A stretch of DNA of 64,000 bases. Source: Spironucleus salmonicida (lineage: Eukaryota). Under the pieces are notes generated by a model that ran no database searches, had not been told where the DNA came from, and saw only the letters and a list, made by a program, of their open reading frames with translations. Each line of letters begins with the position of its first letter. Position 1 is the first letter of the stretch. The stretch spans positions 1,013,197 through 1,077,196 of the forward strand of contig NC_090600.1 in NCBI RefSeq assembly GCF_000497125.1, in the 5' to 3' direction. Both the position numbers and the translations under genes were made by a program. This document shows, piece by piece, positions 39,918 to 54,279 of the stretch.

Positions 39918-42900
39918 TCTAAAATATCGGTATGGGAGTATAAGTGAATAAGAAACGCAGTTAGAATATTTTGAAAAACACTACAGTATGTATCTTAGGA
40001 CAATAATGGGAGTTTAATTCAGGCAACCATACATAGCACATTGTGTGGATAGTAATGCAATAATCCGAAATTTAGTTTAAATATAGAATATTCATCCTCA
40101 ATATTACTAATATTAAAATAATTAAGTTTATACATATACTAAATTAACTTAATTTAGTATATATAAAATTTTGTGGTTTAAGTGTGATTACTATTTGATA
40201 TTCTATAACAATAAAGTACTAAACTGGTATATATATAATATTTATAATTAATTTACTATAACTAAACTATTAGGTAATAGAGAAGTTATCTTGTAAATTA
40301 GTTTCTTAATGATTGATAATTTTTTACTTTTACACAATAGCATTAACTATACATAACTGCAGCAAAGCAATAAGCTAGGTAATCTATTAGATAATAATAG
40401 GATGTCTATTTTTTATCTGCTAAATTACAGGTGAGATGAAAATACGCTTGGCACTAATTATTTAGCTATTCATCTATCCAGTATTTGTCTACCACCCGTG
40501 TAGCTAGTTTCCCTGAAATATCTATGCATTATTTATTTATACTAAATATTATATAATATACTATATGTACAGTTTCATTATGCATTTCAATAACATCCCA
40601 CAAACCTCTGCGCGCCGGTTACGCTGCAGGCCACCTACCTCGGCTGCCTATTATCTTCCGACCGATGACATATGGTGCGGATAATGCTAGTATCAGGAAT
40701 ATTAGCCTGATCAGTTAGTCGGCTACGGCAGTGATACCCTGGACCTTTGACGTAGGTTACTCTGCATAGAAACACTCCTAGCACGAGTTATTGTAACCCT
40801 GGCTTTGACGTAGTACTGGTGCCTCCAGCTGTTGTGATAGAAGCCGGAGCCAGATTTCCATATCCACGCGCGACCAGAGGCCGTACTTCGTACTGTCCGG
40901 GGTCATCGAAACTTTGAAAGCGTATATCGGCAGTTTCCAAGGAAGAATACGTTCCAGGGTGGGACTAAAATACGTCTCGGCATGGGTTCATTATGAGTGA
41001 CTTGTAATTCTGGAAAGGCAGGATTATATGCACGCGAAAGGAACTTCACGCGCACATAACTGCCTATTAAAATGAGGAACTTTACCAAATTTTACCATAC
41101 AATAATTCAGTAAGCTAAGGCTACGCCAGTGTGCAAAAGTATAGATTAATAAATTATAGCACGAGGAAATCGGCGGACAAGGACAAATTTTGGCAGGGAG
41201 AAGTCTAGCCTGGCTAGTATATAGTAATCTATATAATTGTAGATCGCTCCAGCTTTAAGAGTGGGTCTTAGATATTACGCTGCTCTGAGTGAGAGTTCTT
41301 GCCCATTGAAGGCCCCTAAAGTAATTACATGAAATTAAGTCAAGGTAGAAGTAATTGGTGGGAGTCTAGTTAGTGTAAATATGATTTATATCTGGTAAAT
41401 TCAGGTAGTGCTCTTCCTCAACTGGTGAAAATGATATTCTAGCATTATGTGCTACTTTACACACGCACCAATTACCATATTTCACACTCCCATAGTATGG
41501 AAATACTTATTCAACTTTGACATTGCCTTTATTGGCCTCACATCGCACTAGGCTCTCATTCTAAACTTCAAATCTTCCAGGAAGCGCTTTTTCGGGCGTG
41601 CCATAATAATTTTGTAGGCGTCGTCTTCCACACCGCACGCCATCATGTGCCGACTCTAACCAAACTACCACTTGCTCCTCAACCCAGATGCTCATTCTCG
41701 CTAAAATGTTTGAAAATGCACTAATTAGAAGGAACTCTTTATACTTAAATTGTGTGGATACAAATCTATGCATTTAGATTACCAGGTCAGGTTGCTCCTG
41801 AAATAAGATTTTCCCACTTATAGCGTAGACGGCTCACACCACTTGAGCTGCTACTTCTAGTACCAACTGGGGAAAGGTGCTCTAATATGAACAAGATCGC
41901 AGTACGCTACTAGTAACCGGTAAATGATATCAAAAGCTCTTCCCATGCTACTTATCTAGCTGGAAACGACGCTGCCTATGTACCCAGTAGCGATATGCAG
42001 TAAACGAAATCCTCTGGTATTCGTTAAAGGCGCCTCCAGCCCCGAAGTTATAGTAATGAATTTTTACCATAAATTTTTAAGCTTATTGCTTTGCAGCACT
42101 TTGAATATTCTCAAACTGCGCGCTTTCGAGCGGTCCCTGCTCCAACGGAAACACACTACCCCTGGACTTCTGTCACGCCAAGCGAATTGATTGAACGTAG
42201 AGATTTCCGTCTTTTGCGCAGCCAAATTCCATGTTAGTTTACAGTTTTAGCTTCGCAGAGCTCGCCAAAAGGCGCTAATCTGGTCGCAGAGCGGTACCTA
42301 AAAAGCTATTTGCGACTAAAGAAAGCGATGAATTGACTAGCACGACTTTCCATTGAGATTTACAGATTTGTTATTGTGACGCTACCGCTGTAGAGTCCAA
42401 TCCCAGAAAATTATTATAATGTAATACTTGAGCAAATCCGCGATTCTGCAGTGTGCAGTTGCGTAGGCCCTAGTTGCTGCTTTCTGTATTTAACGGAGGA
42501 TATGCAGTTACTGCAAATCCGAAGAGACGTGGCACAGAAGTTATTTATCACTGGATTCCGCACATTACTAACGTCTAACTGGGCAAACGGCGACCCGTAA
42601 CACGGTTGCTCAGGGACGTTACCAGGTCCGTGCGCTGCTAGGAAACGGAGCGATTCTGCTGAGTTAGCGACGGAAGGTGAGATAAAATGTCATGGGAGGT
42701 GTGGCTGAACAAGTAATTCGGCCAGTCGTCCAGATACTGATTCATCGGGCGCCTGGATTATGCAAATCTGATGATTAGCGCAATACTCTAAAGCGGAGGG
42801 CGAAGAGCTGCTCAAATTAAATAGCCGTTCGTGATGTTTGCTGGAACTTGATATTGTGCTCCGTTATGGTCGTGATAAAACTAGTCCCACCTGCTGTCTC

Positions 42901-45900
42901 TGGCATCTCGGCTATAGCTAGGAAAGCCTGGTGCTGCCTAATGATTCATGTCTGCAGTTTTATGAACTTAACGCACGTTTGAGTCAATCCAAATTTTGAA
43001 AACACTGTCGTCCTGCTACGAAAACGCAGGAGCTGGCATCTTTATTGGATGGGCTACGGGAACCAATTTTGGCCAATGAGTCAGAATTTTGTGGCGCAAG
43101 CTGGGAACTTTGCAGCATTTATGCTGAAACTGCGTAGACTTTGCCGAGCACAACCAGCTAGCGTTTCCTAAGCGGCCGCGCGTATGATTCTTTGATTTCA
43201 GTTGTTCTATTTAACTTGCAGGATTGTGGGTAAACTTAACATTAGCATTCTTAAGAATAGGAGTTTAGAGTCTGGAGATGTTATCTTCATCGCAATTATG
43301 CCGTGATATGCTTTCTACCATGTTGAAGCATAAAAACCACTAATATTGTATGTACTAGAAATTCACAATCGAGTATAAATCCAAATAGTATGCGTTTTAT
43401 CGGTTCTATGGTGTACTTAGAGCAATGCCTTAAATAGCACACCAAACTTTTATAACGCCACCAGCTAACTATTGGTAAGGCATCTGGGCCCTGTGCATTT
43501 CTCTATAGCTTGCCTGACCTCGAAATGCTAGGAATCATCAACAGGTGGGCTTCTATGTGGCGAAGTCCTGCTTTCTCGGGTTGGTGGGCAGCCGTTGATG
43601 TTGGGAAGGTACATACGTATTCAGCCTTTTAGACGCCAGGTTGCGTATCTAATATGAAACTATATTTTCCATATTTGATGTGGACATGTCCAGTTTCCTG
43701 CTCCCACTAGTAGATTATGGGAGTAACTTAACATCATTTTGCCGATAATTTTAGAAGGGTTGGTAGTTATTAGGTATGCTAGAGTACAGTAGCATAGGTT
43801 AACTGCAAGTTCGGTAAAGAATGATTATTGGGTCATATTCTATCCGCATTGATTATAGGTATTACTGTTGCTAATTCCAGAAACATAACTATTAAGCGCA
43901 TTAGAGGTTCCACAAGAGAGGAAGGGAAACGTAAGAAAATATACTTAAATTTCTGGTAATGCTAGTATGCATTAAGGCCAATCAAGTTTCAGTCTAACTG
44001 CCATACTAGCCTGTATCTAAAATTATAATCAGAAATCTGATTAAACGCACCACTAGAGTGTAGTACGAGAATGCATGAAAGAATAACTTACCGTACTGAA
44101 ATAGCTGATGGCATTGCGGTGAAAGGATCTCTCCTATATTCTCACAATAGTCAAGCCGCGCCAAGTATTAAAGTTCCAGCGTACAATACCCAATTAATAG
44201 TGCTACCAGCTTTGGTGAAACCTCCCATGCTTGATAAAATGCAGCGGAAAGGATATTTCGGTCGGGTGGTTAGATTTATGTAGCATCTACTTGGAAATGA
44301 AACAATAGCTATAAGCTGAGAAATCATCGTTCTATAAGCAGCGCTCCAATATAATAACTTCGCCATAAGGTACGGTATTATCCAGCAGCTGTGCAGAATA
44401 ATTTATTCACTAATTGGCCAAATCGCTGAGTCTTCCTCCTGATATCCAGGTCTCCTTCACACTTGAAGGCTGGCCTTTTGCCTCTCCTACGCCCAAGGTG
44501 GCGACTTGCGTCAAACCTTAACAGACTTTACCATAACTAAGGCTATGAGCGTATAGGATTGGGCAAGCCTTAACCACTGCCAACATGAAGTTTGCATACC
44601 ACTTGATTTTAAGGAATATCCGCGCAGACCATTTCTGGCGCTCCCTAAATCCTCATGGTGCATAATTGTCTCCATACTTCAACCTGCAATGGGTTTATTA
44701 CTTTATGGTATATATTGCAAATACACAAAAATAATTAGGCCTTACATTAAATTAAGCAGTAGTCATATACATAAGCCAATATTGTGTAAATAAGAAGCTA
44801 CCCTCGTGTGCTGATAAGTTTAAATTACCGCTAGACATGCATTAAAGGAAGTTTACCATTAATATATAATATTAGTTTTTACTAACACTTTGTCGGTCTA
44901 TTTCCTATAACAGAACTAGTTGAATTGGTTATGTCAGTTTCTTCTGCATACTACGAAGGTACAGTAACATAAAAGAACCGTTATACAGGTTGCAGTAATC
45001 TCAGCGAGACACAATTTGGAAATATACACGCAATAGCTCCTAACTAGCATAACAGACCAAATTAATTGTTGGCTTTAAGTGCTTTTCGCGACCTTCTTTA
45101 TAAATTTAGACACTTAACACGGCAGTAAAGATAATCACGCCACACCAGTCACTAATTAACCAGTTCTGTACAGGTTAGCATATACAGCATATGACCAAGA
45201 TTTTCCAACAGCATGCCATTCATTACAAAATTGATAGTAAGTCGATTTCTGAAAATGGGTATGTTATAGCTATTATAGCGCAAGCAGCAGTTAACATCCC
45301 TTCCGCAGTGAAATTTAATATTTTGTAGAGCAGACGGTTCTGCCTACCCTAGAACTGCGGAGTTCGACTTTAACATGTTGTTATTTGCTGAGTAGTAAAT
45401 CGTACTATGGTGACGAATACACCGAGCAGAGAACAATAAATCATTAGTGCAGTACTAGGAGCATACACTGTAAGTTGGTAGAAAAATAATTTTGAACTCC
45501 AGGTCAGAGTTTCGCACCAGTTTTGCCGGATCGCTTCGTCGTGGTATGGTACTGTTTAGCCCTTAGTCATGGGTAGGCTCATCAGGTTTTGGCAAACCTT
45601 CACTTCGCGTGGACGCATGATTCTATTGCTTTCCACATACGCTAAGATACGTTTTCTAGTTTACAGTAATTCCCAAATGTCTAAAAATGGAATCGCATTT
45701 AGTATCCACATTTAATTTAAAGCATGCATGAGATATTCTTAATATAGTGTTGATTGGTGATAACATTGATATGCGCATTGTTATAGCGTTCTTCGCTTCT
45801 AAATGCATAATTTATTTTTATATGCAGCAAGGCGCTTAACTAACATCTGTAAACTTTCAAGTTGGTGTAAAATTACCCAGAGTGGCACACCACCTTGCGA

Positions 45901-46464
45901 AGTATAAGGTACCGAGGTGCCCTGTGCTGCCTCCACCGGGTACGCTTCCAGCGTTTCACGCCTTGGCTCATGTATCCCTGGAATGGATTGTTCGCCAGAC
46001 ACGAAAATAGTATGCAGTATGAACGTACGTCCAGGTGGAAGTGCGAGCGCAGCACTTCAGTCCCTGCCCCGAAGCCCTATCGCGGTATACTGGGCGGACT
46101 ACGCACCCAGCTGTCCGCGTATGACTAAAATTTACACACTCCATACAGAACTTCAGGGTCTGCGCGTCCTTTGGGTGCCGTGTGAAGATCCCCTGCGCTG
46201 ATGGCGACGCTGCATTATCCTACTACGCGTGCCTGCGGGCGAGAAGCGGTGTTGGCCCTACAGTATCTCCACCTACAGGACATGCTGCAACAGGAGGGCA
46301 GAGTGCGGCACGTTCGGGACAGCTGGGCGTCCGTGAGGGGTACCAGTACTGCACGGTGCCAGTGCTTGCTCGCCCACGGAGCTCTCTTCGGGATTCCCGG
46401 CCGCAGATCACCTTCGACGCTACAGTAGCTGGAGACATGCGGCCTGATAACCCTGGACCGGAAA

Positions 46465-48151
46465 GATATGCTTGTTGCGGTGCCGGGCATGCTAAACTAA
46501 GTTGATGTAGTAGGTACAGGGTAGACTTTCTGGTCTGGATGGTGCCATATTCCAGAGACGAGTTTAACATCAATGCATGTATCTCCTGCGTGGTGAGGGA
46601 CAGTGAAGTAGCACAAAGAGGCCGCCGAGATCGCCTGCGGGGTCACAGGCAGTCTGCGATTCCTTAGCCAGGGTGCCTTTCGCGTCCCTACCACTGCTTA
46701 GCACGCAGGTATACACTTATCGTGCTATCTTCGCTCCGCTTCAGAACTATATTACTGAATATACGCCAACGGCCTAAACCGTGTATCCTCAACTTCCGGG
46801 AGCAACCAAGGCCTAGTGCCACCACCCGTGCTCGGAATATCTGGCATCCACGTGGAGCGGTTCCCCAACATGGTAGGCTAGTGGCCAGCGGTACCAGCGT
46901 AGCAATCACCACGCAAGGCGACTTCCTCTGGACCGCCTGGAACAATCTCGTACTCGCTGTGAACTGGGCTGGTGCCGGGCCCGAACCACTGAATGTGCCG
47001 TGCCCTGCCCTGAGGGCGTGCCGGTATTGCTAGCTGGTGTCCCACGTCCTACCCAGGGCCGCTTCTCGACGTTCACTATGGCATAGCACGTTACGTGGCC
47101 AGAGTGGTCGCCCGGCTGTCCTGCCCGGGGACGAACGGGGCTGCAAAGTTAGTAACGGACTAGTCGCTAGCAAAGTACCGACCCCGCCGCAACGACTCAC
47201 CGAGGCAGCGCTAGGAGTAATTTGCATCCACCGTTTTAAAGTGTGCATGCTGCCTACACTAAGCTGTGCAGATACATGTATATCCCCGTTGTGGTATTGA
47301 GGTGAGGAACGACCCGGCGCAAATACTTTTCCACGCCGATATTGCCATCGCGGTTGACATTCATTCCCAGGGCCCCTTTTGAGAGCTGCCGGGGTACCAT
47401 TCTCCCGACCAGCACGGATGGGGCAGTATATTTTTGGGATTCTCTATCGCAACCTCTCCAAAGTCTGCAGATAAACCCGCTCTTCCATATCGATATAGCA
47501 TTGCGTACCTGCCCAGACCTGTCTCTGCGCCCGTGCCCGAACGTCGCTCAGACCGTGGCATCGGTCGCAGCGCCTTCAAGAACCCGCCCAGCGGCGTCGG
47601 GGATCCGGGGTAGACTGCGGGCTCCTATTCGCATGGTGGCATACTAGATGGGCGTGAGGTAATCAGCAGGACGAGCGCTGGCCATGGTCGCACAGAACAT
47701 CACGGAGGCAAGCTGGCACCTCGTGGAGGGTGCGGCTGGCTTCTGCTGCCCAGGGACGCGCACCGCAAGACACCGGAATTTTGGTACTCGCCACTCTGCT
47801 ACTCCCTATCAAAATGACATAAAGTGCGTGCTCGGCAGACCGCGGCGGGGATGGTCCCCAGAGTACCCAGGGGGGCTCAGGCACCTCCACCTCCCCAGAT
47901 ACACACCTCTCGCTCGACGGCGGGTGGGACTCCGCGCTGAGCCTGGCCGGGGTGGCCCGACTGGATCTTGCGAACATGGATGGCACGGAGCCACTGAAGC
48001 ATGCGTAGAACGTGAGAGAGCTGCGCCTGGAGCGGGTGAGCGGCAGTATGGAGGTCAGCCGCGCCCTCGCCAGGCTCACCATCGTCGACTCTCCCATTGC
48101 GTGCACCAACCCCCAGGGGCGAGACCTCCCGAACCTCGCAGAGGTGGCAGT
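46465..48151. repeat. Left arm of the 1687-bp inverted repeat (GC-rich block copy 2)
   Basis: Reverse complement of 55495-57181. Begins GATATGCTTGTTGCGG, ends GAGGTGGCAGT. Mirrored identical ORFs in the track (47037/56346, 46722/56613). Confidence 0.96.
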
Positions 48152-50654
48152 GTCCTCCACATTTTAAGGGGGTTATTACTCATGCTTAGGGAGTCACGGC
48201 TGGTTGCATCTGGTCCATGTATTATAAAGGGCGAACCAGCTGCGATGCCTGACGCTAGATTGTGATGGTAGTGACTACGAGTATCCGCCATATATGACCT
48301 AACTGAAGTAACTGGAGATGTTAGTGCTCACTAGAATAAGGGGAAGCGTTTACTTATCCCATAGCATACGGAGTATCACTCTCACTAACTGTAAGATTAC
48401 TAACTTCTAGTGTGATGTTGATTCGCTACCGGACCTGCGAGAGCTTACCATAGTAGATATTAATAAAGAGCAAACTTTCCTGAGTAAGATACTGGAGAGG
48501 GCCCACGGGCTGCGTAATCTGACGCTGTAATATGTTGGTATATATTATAGCAAATATTAAGTTTAGATACTAGATATCTCAATGTTGAAGTTTCTGGAAA
48601 CATTAGTTGTTACTGAAATAAATGTTGATCTATATCTACCATAAACTATACGAAGTATCACACTCAAAGATTGTAATATTACGAACTTCCAGTGTGATGC
48701 TAAATTGCTTCCCGACCTGCAGGAATTTATCTGGGATGAGGTCAGTAATGGATATAATTATGTGAGCAGTATACTGCAGAAGACGAAATAGTTGCGGAAG
48801 CTGACACTAAAATCTAACGGTGGGTATTCAAAATATTTACCAGACATCTCAGAGATTAAGCAACTAGAGATATTAGTGCTCACTCATATCAGTGGTAATA
48901 TATATTTATCTCCCTGCATACGGATCGTTATACTCAAGAATTGTAGGATTGACAAATTATATTACAGTTCTAACTACCTTCCGGACCTACTAGAACTTAC
49001 CATAATAAATATAGCTCATGATTAGACTTTCCTTGGTAATTTACTAGAGAAAGCAAAATAACTGCGAAACCTAACACTAATGGGTAACTCTATATACTAC
49101 TCACATACACCATGTATGTCATACATGAAATAGCTGGAGGTATTAGTGCTTGATAGAATGAGTGGTGATATCTACTTGTCTCCTAACATACGCAGCATTA
49201 CCATCACGGATTGCGCGATTCACAGTATTTAATTTAGTGCTGAATCTTTGTCGTAACTGTAGGAGCTTACCTTGTGTAGTGTTAAATATGATAAAACTAT
49301 CCTAAGTTAGATACTTTAAAATGCGCATAGGTTGCAGAAGTTTAAACTTAAAGATAATGGTATCTTATAGTACGGTCCGCCAGACATCTCCTCGCTAACG
49401 TAGTTAAAGATGGTAAAGTTTTCCAACATTTATGGTGATATATACTTGCCCTCCTGCATAGAAAGCTTTACTCTTAACAATTGTAAGATTAAAAAAGTCC
49501 AGATCGATGCTGAATCGTTGCCTCATCTGCAGGAATTTACCATAATTGAAGTATCCTATTATTAGAATTTCGTTAATAAAATACTGTAGAAGTCACATGG
49601 GTTGCGTAATCTAACAATGAAAAGTAAAGATAATAATTAAAAATATCCACTAGATATGTCAATGTTGCAGCAGCTGGAGATAATCATGCTAGATAGAATA
49701 CGTGACAATATCAACTTTCCTCCAAGTATACGAACAGTTACTCTCAAGGATTGCACGATTACTGACTTTCAGTGCAATGCTGAGTCACTATCAGCTCTGT
49801 GGGAATTCACCTTGCTGGATGTAAGCTGTGATTAAAGTTAACTGAATAATTTATTGCAAAAGATGCATAGCTTACGACACCTTACACTGGAACGCGGTGG
49901 CCGATCAAGCTCTAATTATAAATTTTATCTATTAAAAATATTCTCAGGGAAGTATCTGGAAACATTATGTCTTGAATAAATGATATGCACTATTTACATC
50001 TCTTCTACCATACGGAGCATCTTCCTCACATAGTGCACGATTCACGGAGTGTAGTGTAGTAGTGACTAAATCTTAAACCTACGAAAACTTTCAATGATTA
50101 ATGTGAATGCTCCAAAAACTGCATTGCGTAATGTTCTACAGAAGGCAAACAGGCTTCAGAGCCTAGTAGTGCACGGATACTACAGAAAATCTTATACTAT
50201 CGCGTAGCTATACCTGCAGCCATCAGTGTTGGTGTTGGATCTAGAAAATGTGAATGTCAATCAGCTAGTCTTGACCGCTGCTCCTCGCATAGAAAAACTA
50301 CGGCTCCATCATATTATCGTTAAGAAAAATTATATGCCTGAAATATCCAGGCTGATTAAGGCTAAGACAGCCACCCTTCTTGACGTTAGTGACATTAATG
50401 TGGATGTTGGGACGCTGGCTGATCCCAATCTCGCATAATTTGCTCTTTCTACATTTATCCAGAGAGCTGGGATGGATGTTAAGCTGAATCTTACTGTGGG
50501 GTGTCACTACTACCAGCGTGGTAATATGATGTACCAGAATGATGATAACACACCGGCGGCGCTGCCCACGAGTCTTACTATCTTCCTGTTACAACTAAAG
50601 ATCAGATAATTGTCCAGTGAACTGGTCGTACTGGGTATGGCGCTGGCGGAGTGA
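47814..50654 (+). CDS. LRR protein A, right copy, full length (946 aa)
   Basis: aaaATG 47814 (MTQSACSADRGGDGPQSTQGG...), in frame with track ORFs 48792 and 50226. Seven ~90-aa LRR modules. TGA 50652-50654 within AGTGA. No signal peptide or TM seen. Confidence 0.88.
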
Positions 50655-53600
50655 ATCCCTTTCATATATCTCTATTCTAATATTATCCTTCTAATGACCA
50701 CTTGCAACATATGTTTATTGGCTGCGCTTACGCTAACCCATCCAATCACTCTTCAGCCACCTGCTGTGAAAGTACTTTACACACATTCATCAGAAGGAAT
50801 TTATATAACTCTATCTGTAGCTTCAATATATGATACGTCTGCCGATTTCCACATTGCTCATAAGCTGGATGTGAGTCATTCTCATATTTCAGAGAGTTTA
50901 TTATATATCGTATTATTTACATTCCAATAAGCTTATGCTTGCAATATAAAATCATTTAACAACGAAACTTGTTGTATTAATACAAAATTTGATACTAGAT
51001 GAATATAACCAACTGAGCTCCATGTGAATGTGGCTGCGCATGATTGATAAAATATACTGAATATAACGTCTACATTGTGCAGGTTCACGTGGCATGTCTT
51101 ATTTCTGCCATACTTTCATACTCCAAATTTGTATCATTTCTAAAATTCTGACACCAGTTAATCTGACACTTACAACACGAGTAGTATACATTTTATCAGT
51201 TGATGCTGACTGTAGAAGGCTATTTCCTGATAGTATAGCGGCTACAGGCTCTATACCTTACAATTATACGTCAAAAAATATTCTAAGTACGATTTGTGAT
51301 AGTTAAATTTGTTTCCAAACAAGAGTAACCATTTTAGAAGATATATTAGATCAATTTAAGCCCCTGCTGTCCTTTTGCCATTTCTTTTTCTCAATGTCAG
51401 GCGCTACTGCTTAATAGTTGCTATTTGACATATATATTCTAGCATATTTGTAGCCAGCCTACTATCTTGCACCCCATACACCTCTCCTGACAACATTTTC
51501 ATCCCACACAAGATGCCAGATAGGGGATCCGACTAGATATCCTAATACCTATACCTAAGACATTCAGGTGAATTTCTCCCACTTTTATTAGTGTATATAA
51601 CCAGAATTCGATCGCTTCTGACCAATAAACCAAATATGTTGGCTTCAGCTACAACAGCAATCCCAGGTGAACAGTGAAGCCAGTGCTGGCACTATTCATA
51701 CAAATATTCTTCGATTTCAGCTAACTGCGCAAAAACATCTTATCAGCGTCGTGATCTCCGCTGCGAATGTAATTCCAAAATTTTATATTCTTATATATCA
51801 AAATTATGCCTTTTTGAAACATCGGCTGTTCCCTAGAATTTTTCAAACCAAGTCTTAAAAGCCAGATAGACTTAATAATGTATGTTCAAATTTCTTTAAA
51901 ACAATTTTTCAATTCCATAACAACCGACAAATCCGTTATTTCCTCAATAATCTACCCTTTTCCTTAATATTTTTAATCTAGTTCATCTGTTATATCACCT
52001 CTAAAATAAATTATTACCATAAATCTCACTCCATTCCGAACATGCCCAAACTGTTCTCGCCTGCAAGACCCACTCGCTAAAATACAAGTAGTGGAATTCC
52101 ACGTAACATCACCATAATGAATTTTTAGTCTCAAACTTGAAAACGCCAATTCCACATATTTATTAATTTTAGAGGACAAATTTACTTATTTCATGAGGTT
52201 TACTCTCGAGGGCAAATTATTCGGAATACGCGAATTCAGCTACAAAATTAAAATTTTTTGCACCTAAAGCAGTCGGATTCGCGCGCAAAGATGGCTTTTT
52301 GTTATATTAAATGCGAAATGCACGGTTTCAGGAAGTCGAAATAGGTGCTCCTGACGTCAGCAGGCGCCAGATTTCGAGGGTCAATTGGCATACGCTGACG
52401 AAAATCTGGATTAAATCGTCTGAAAAGTTGTATAAACACGAAAATGAGCTATGTGAGAAAACGATCTGCCACCGCATTTTCGACTTCAAAAGTTTCAAAA
52501 AATGCAGGTAAAGCGAATACAGCGCTACCCCTGCGCAATCATCAAACTGCAGTTTATGGAGAATAAGGCTAGGAGCTCTGCGGGGTCCATCTGGTGCCGT
52601 TCGTTGAAGTTGCGCGGATGCAAAGGAAAATACACGATTCTCATTTCCGTTAGATTCCGCGGTTAGGGGCTGAATTTCAGAGACACGATAAAGGGCTTTC
52701 CGGAAGTAATACTGGGGGAAAATTAATTACTCAAAGGGAATGGGAGCTGCTGGCTGACGATGACGAAACCTGTGATGCATCCAGTTATAGTCCACCGGTG
52801 GCTCTACCAGCAGCTAATCAGCAGTTACTTCGCTATGTATATTTTTTGTTCGGTACCATCTGGCGGTAATCCTCAGAAAGTCGCCCAAGAGCCGTACTGA
52901 CAAAGTTAACCACACAGTCAATTATGGTCCCAAACAACGCGCTCAAGGCAGCGAACGTCCAAGTTTAAGCGAATGCTGGAACCAAAAAGTTCTATTTTAA
53001 TCTCGTATAGTTGCTGTAGGACCGTAAAAGAAAACTTAGACCGTTGATTCAGTCTCAATAGAGATTTAATCCCGAGGGTCTAGTCGTACATCAAACTGGT
53101 GCGGTTCTGCCAGGTGAGTTTCGACGATGAGTCCATGAGTGGTGTAGAGAACAGGAGCAGGGACGCTTAAAATTGAGTTAGATCATGCAGTTCTGCAGAT
53201 AGAAAATGCAGGAACATGAGTACGGATCCGTGAACTAGAAGGACCCCACGTTAGAAAGTCCGCCAGAAGCCGCCATGGCTCTGTCTGACACTAGGGACGT
53301 GGGATCTGGTAGTTCATCACTCACGCGAGTTTACAGGTCTGGTAGCACCTTGGCTTGCCGTGCAGTGGCTTTTACTGTGCTGTTGGGGCGCTGCGGACTC
53401 CCTGCATATATTCCTAAGCGCTAAACGGTGATTGCAAAATGGTATTCTGGAGAGACAAGGGTGCGTGGTTCACGGTCGTAGGGGACAGTTTTGGTTGCTT
53501 CTGGCGGGTTCTCCTTTCGTGAATCTGCACTTTCTCAACGGCTGAGCCTGGAGGCGAAGCTGAGAGGTCCACTGGTCTCGATGGGTGCGGGGAGTAGCGC

Positions 53601-54279
53601 TGCGAGGTCATGGCTGCAATGGTAGATATGTAGTTCCGAGCACTGCCGATGTTTAATGCTACCTGACTCTAGATGAGAAAGGTCGGGTAGGTGAGCAGAA
53701 GTTTGTAATTAGACCTATAATATAATACTCATGATATTCTCACTTAAATGCACGGCGAAGTCCGAATCCAGCTCAAGCTGAGGGGAGGCAGGCGTACCGC
53801 GCACTGAAACTACCCCAACAGTTTATTACTACCAGCGGACTCACAATACAGTCCTAATACAGGCTAGTAGCCATTGTGTGGGATACCCTGTACCCCAAGC
53901 ACGGAGGATCTCGGGCATCCTGCGGGTGCACGGCGTCCAGACCACATTCCTATGGATATCAAGCGCAGCCGTGAGATAAAGCAGTGCAGTACGGGAATCA
54001 CCTGTGGGTGCGACCACGGCGTAGTAAACACCCAAGCTGTTCGCATTAGGAGCGGGAGATTTCGAGACAGCTCACTCCAGTAGCGTCTGGACGAGCATAG
54101 TAAGCTATCTGGCTAGGGGTATTATCTTTTGCCGGTACACGAATGCCACCAGATTCGCAGGCAACACCACAATCTTCTCTACACTATTGGTTTTCTGATA
54201 CATCGTTTTGCCCCTCTGAATATAGTACCGCCCCACTACCATATCTATCCTAGCATCTACACCGTCCCTCTGTATGAAG
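48724..54279 (+). repeat. Segmental duplication, right copy of 1-5560
   Basis: Direct sequence match to the start of the window. Confidence 0.97.
52444..53130 (+). CDS. Second copy of the cassette-centre hypothetical ORF (228 aa)
   Basis: Same frame and same TGA as 3724-4410; about a dozen substitutions seen. Confidence 0.4.

Noticed and set aside
47684-48265. 193-aa track ORF as the real product of the repeat arm
   Set aside because: The overlapping frame starting at 47814 gives LRR-like sequence continuous with the downstream array in all three copies.
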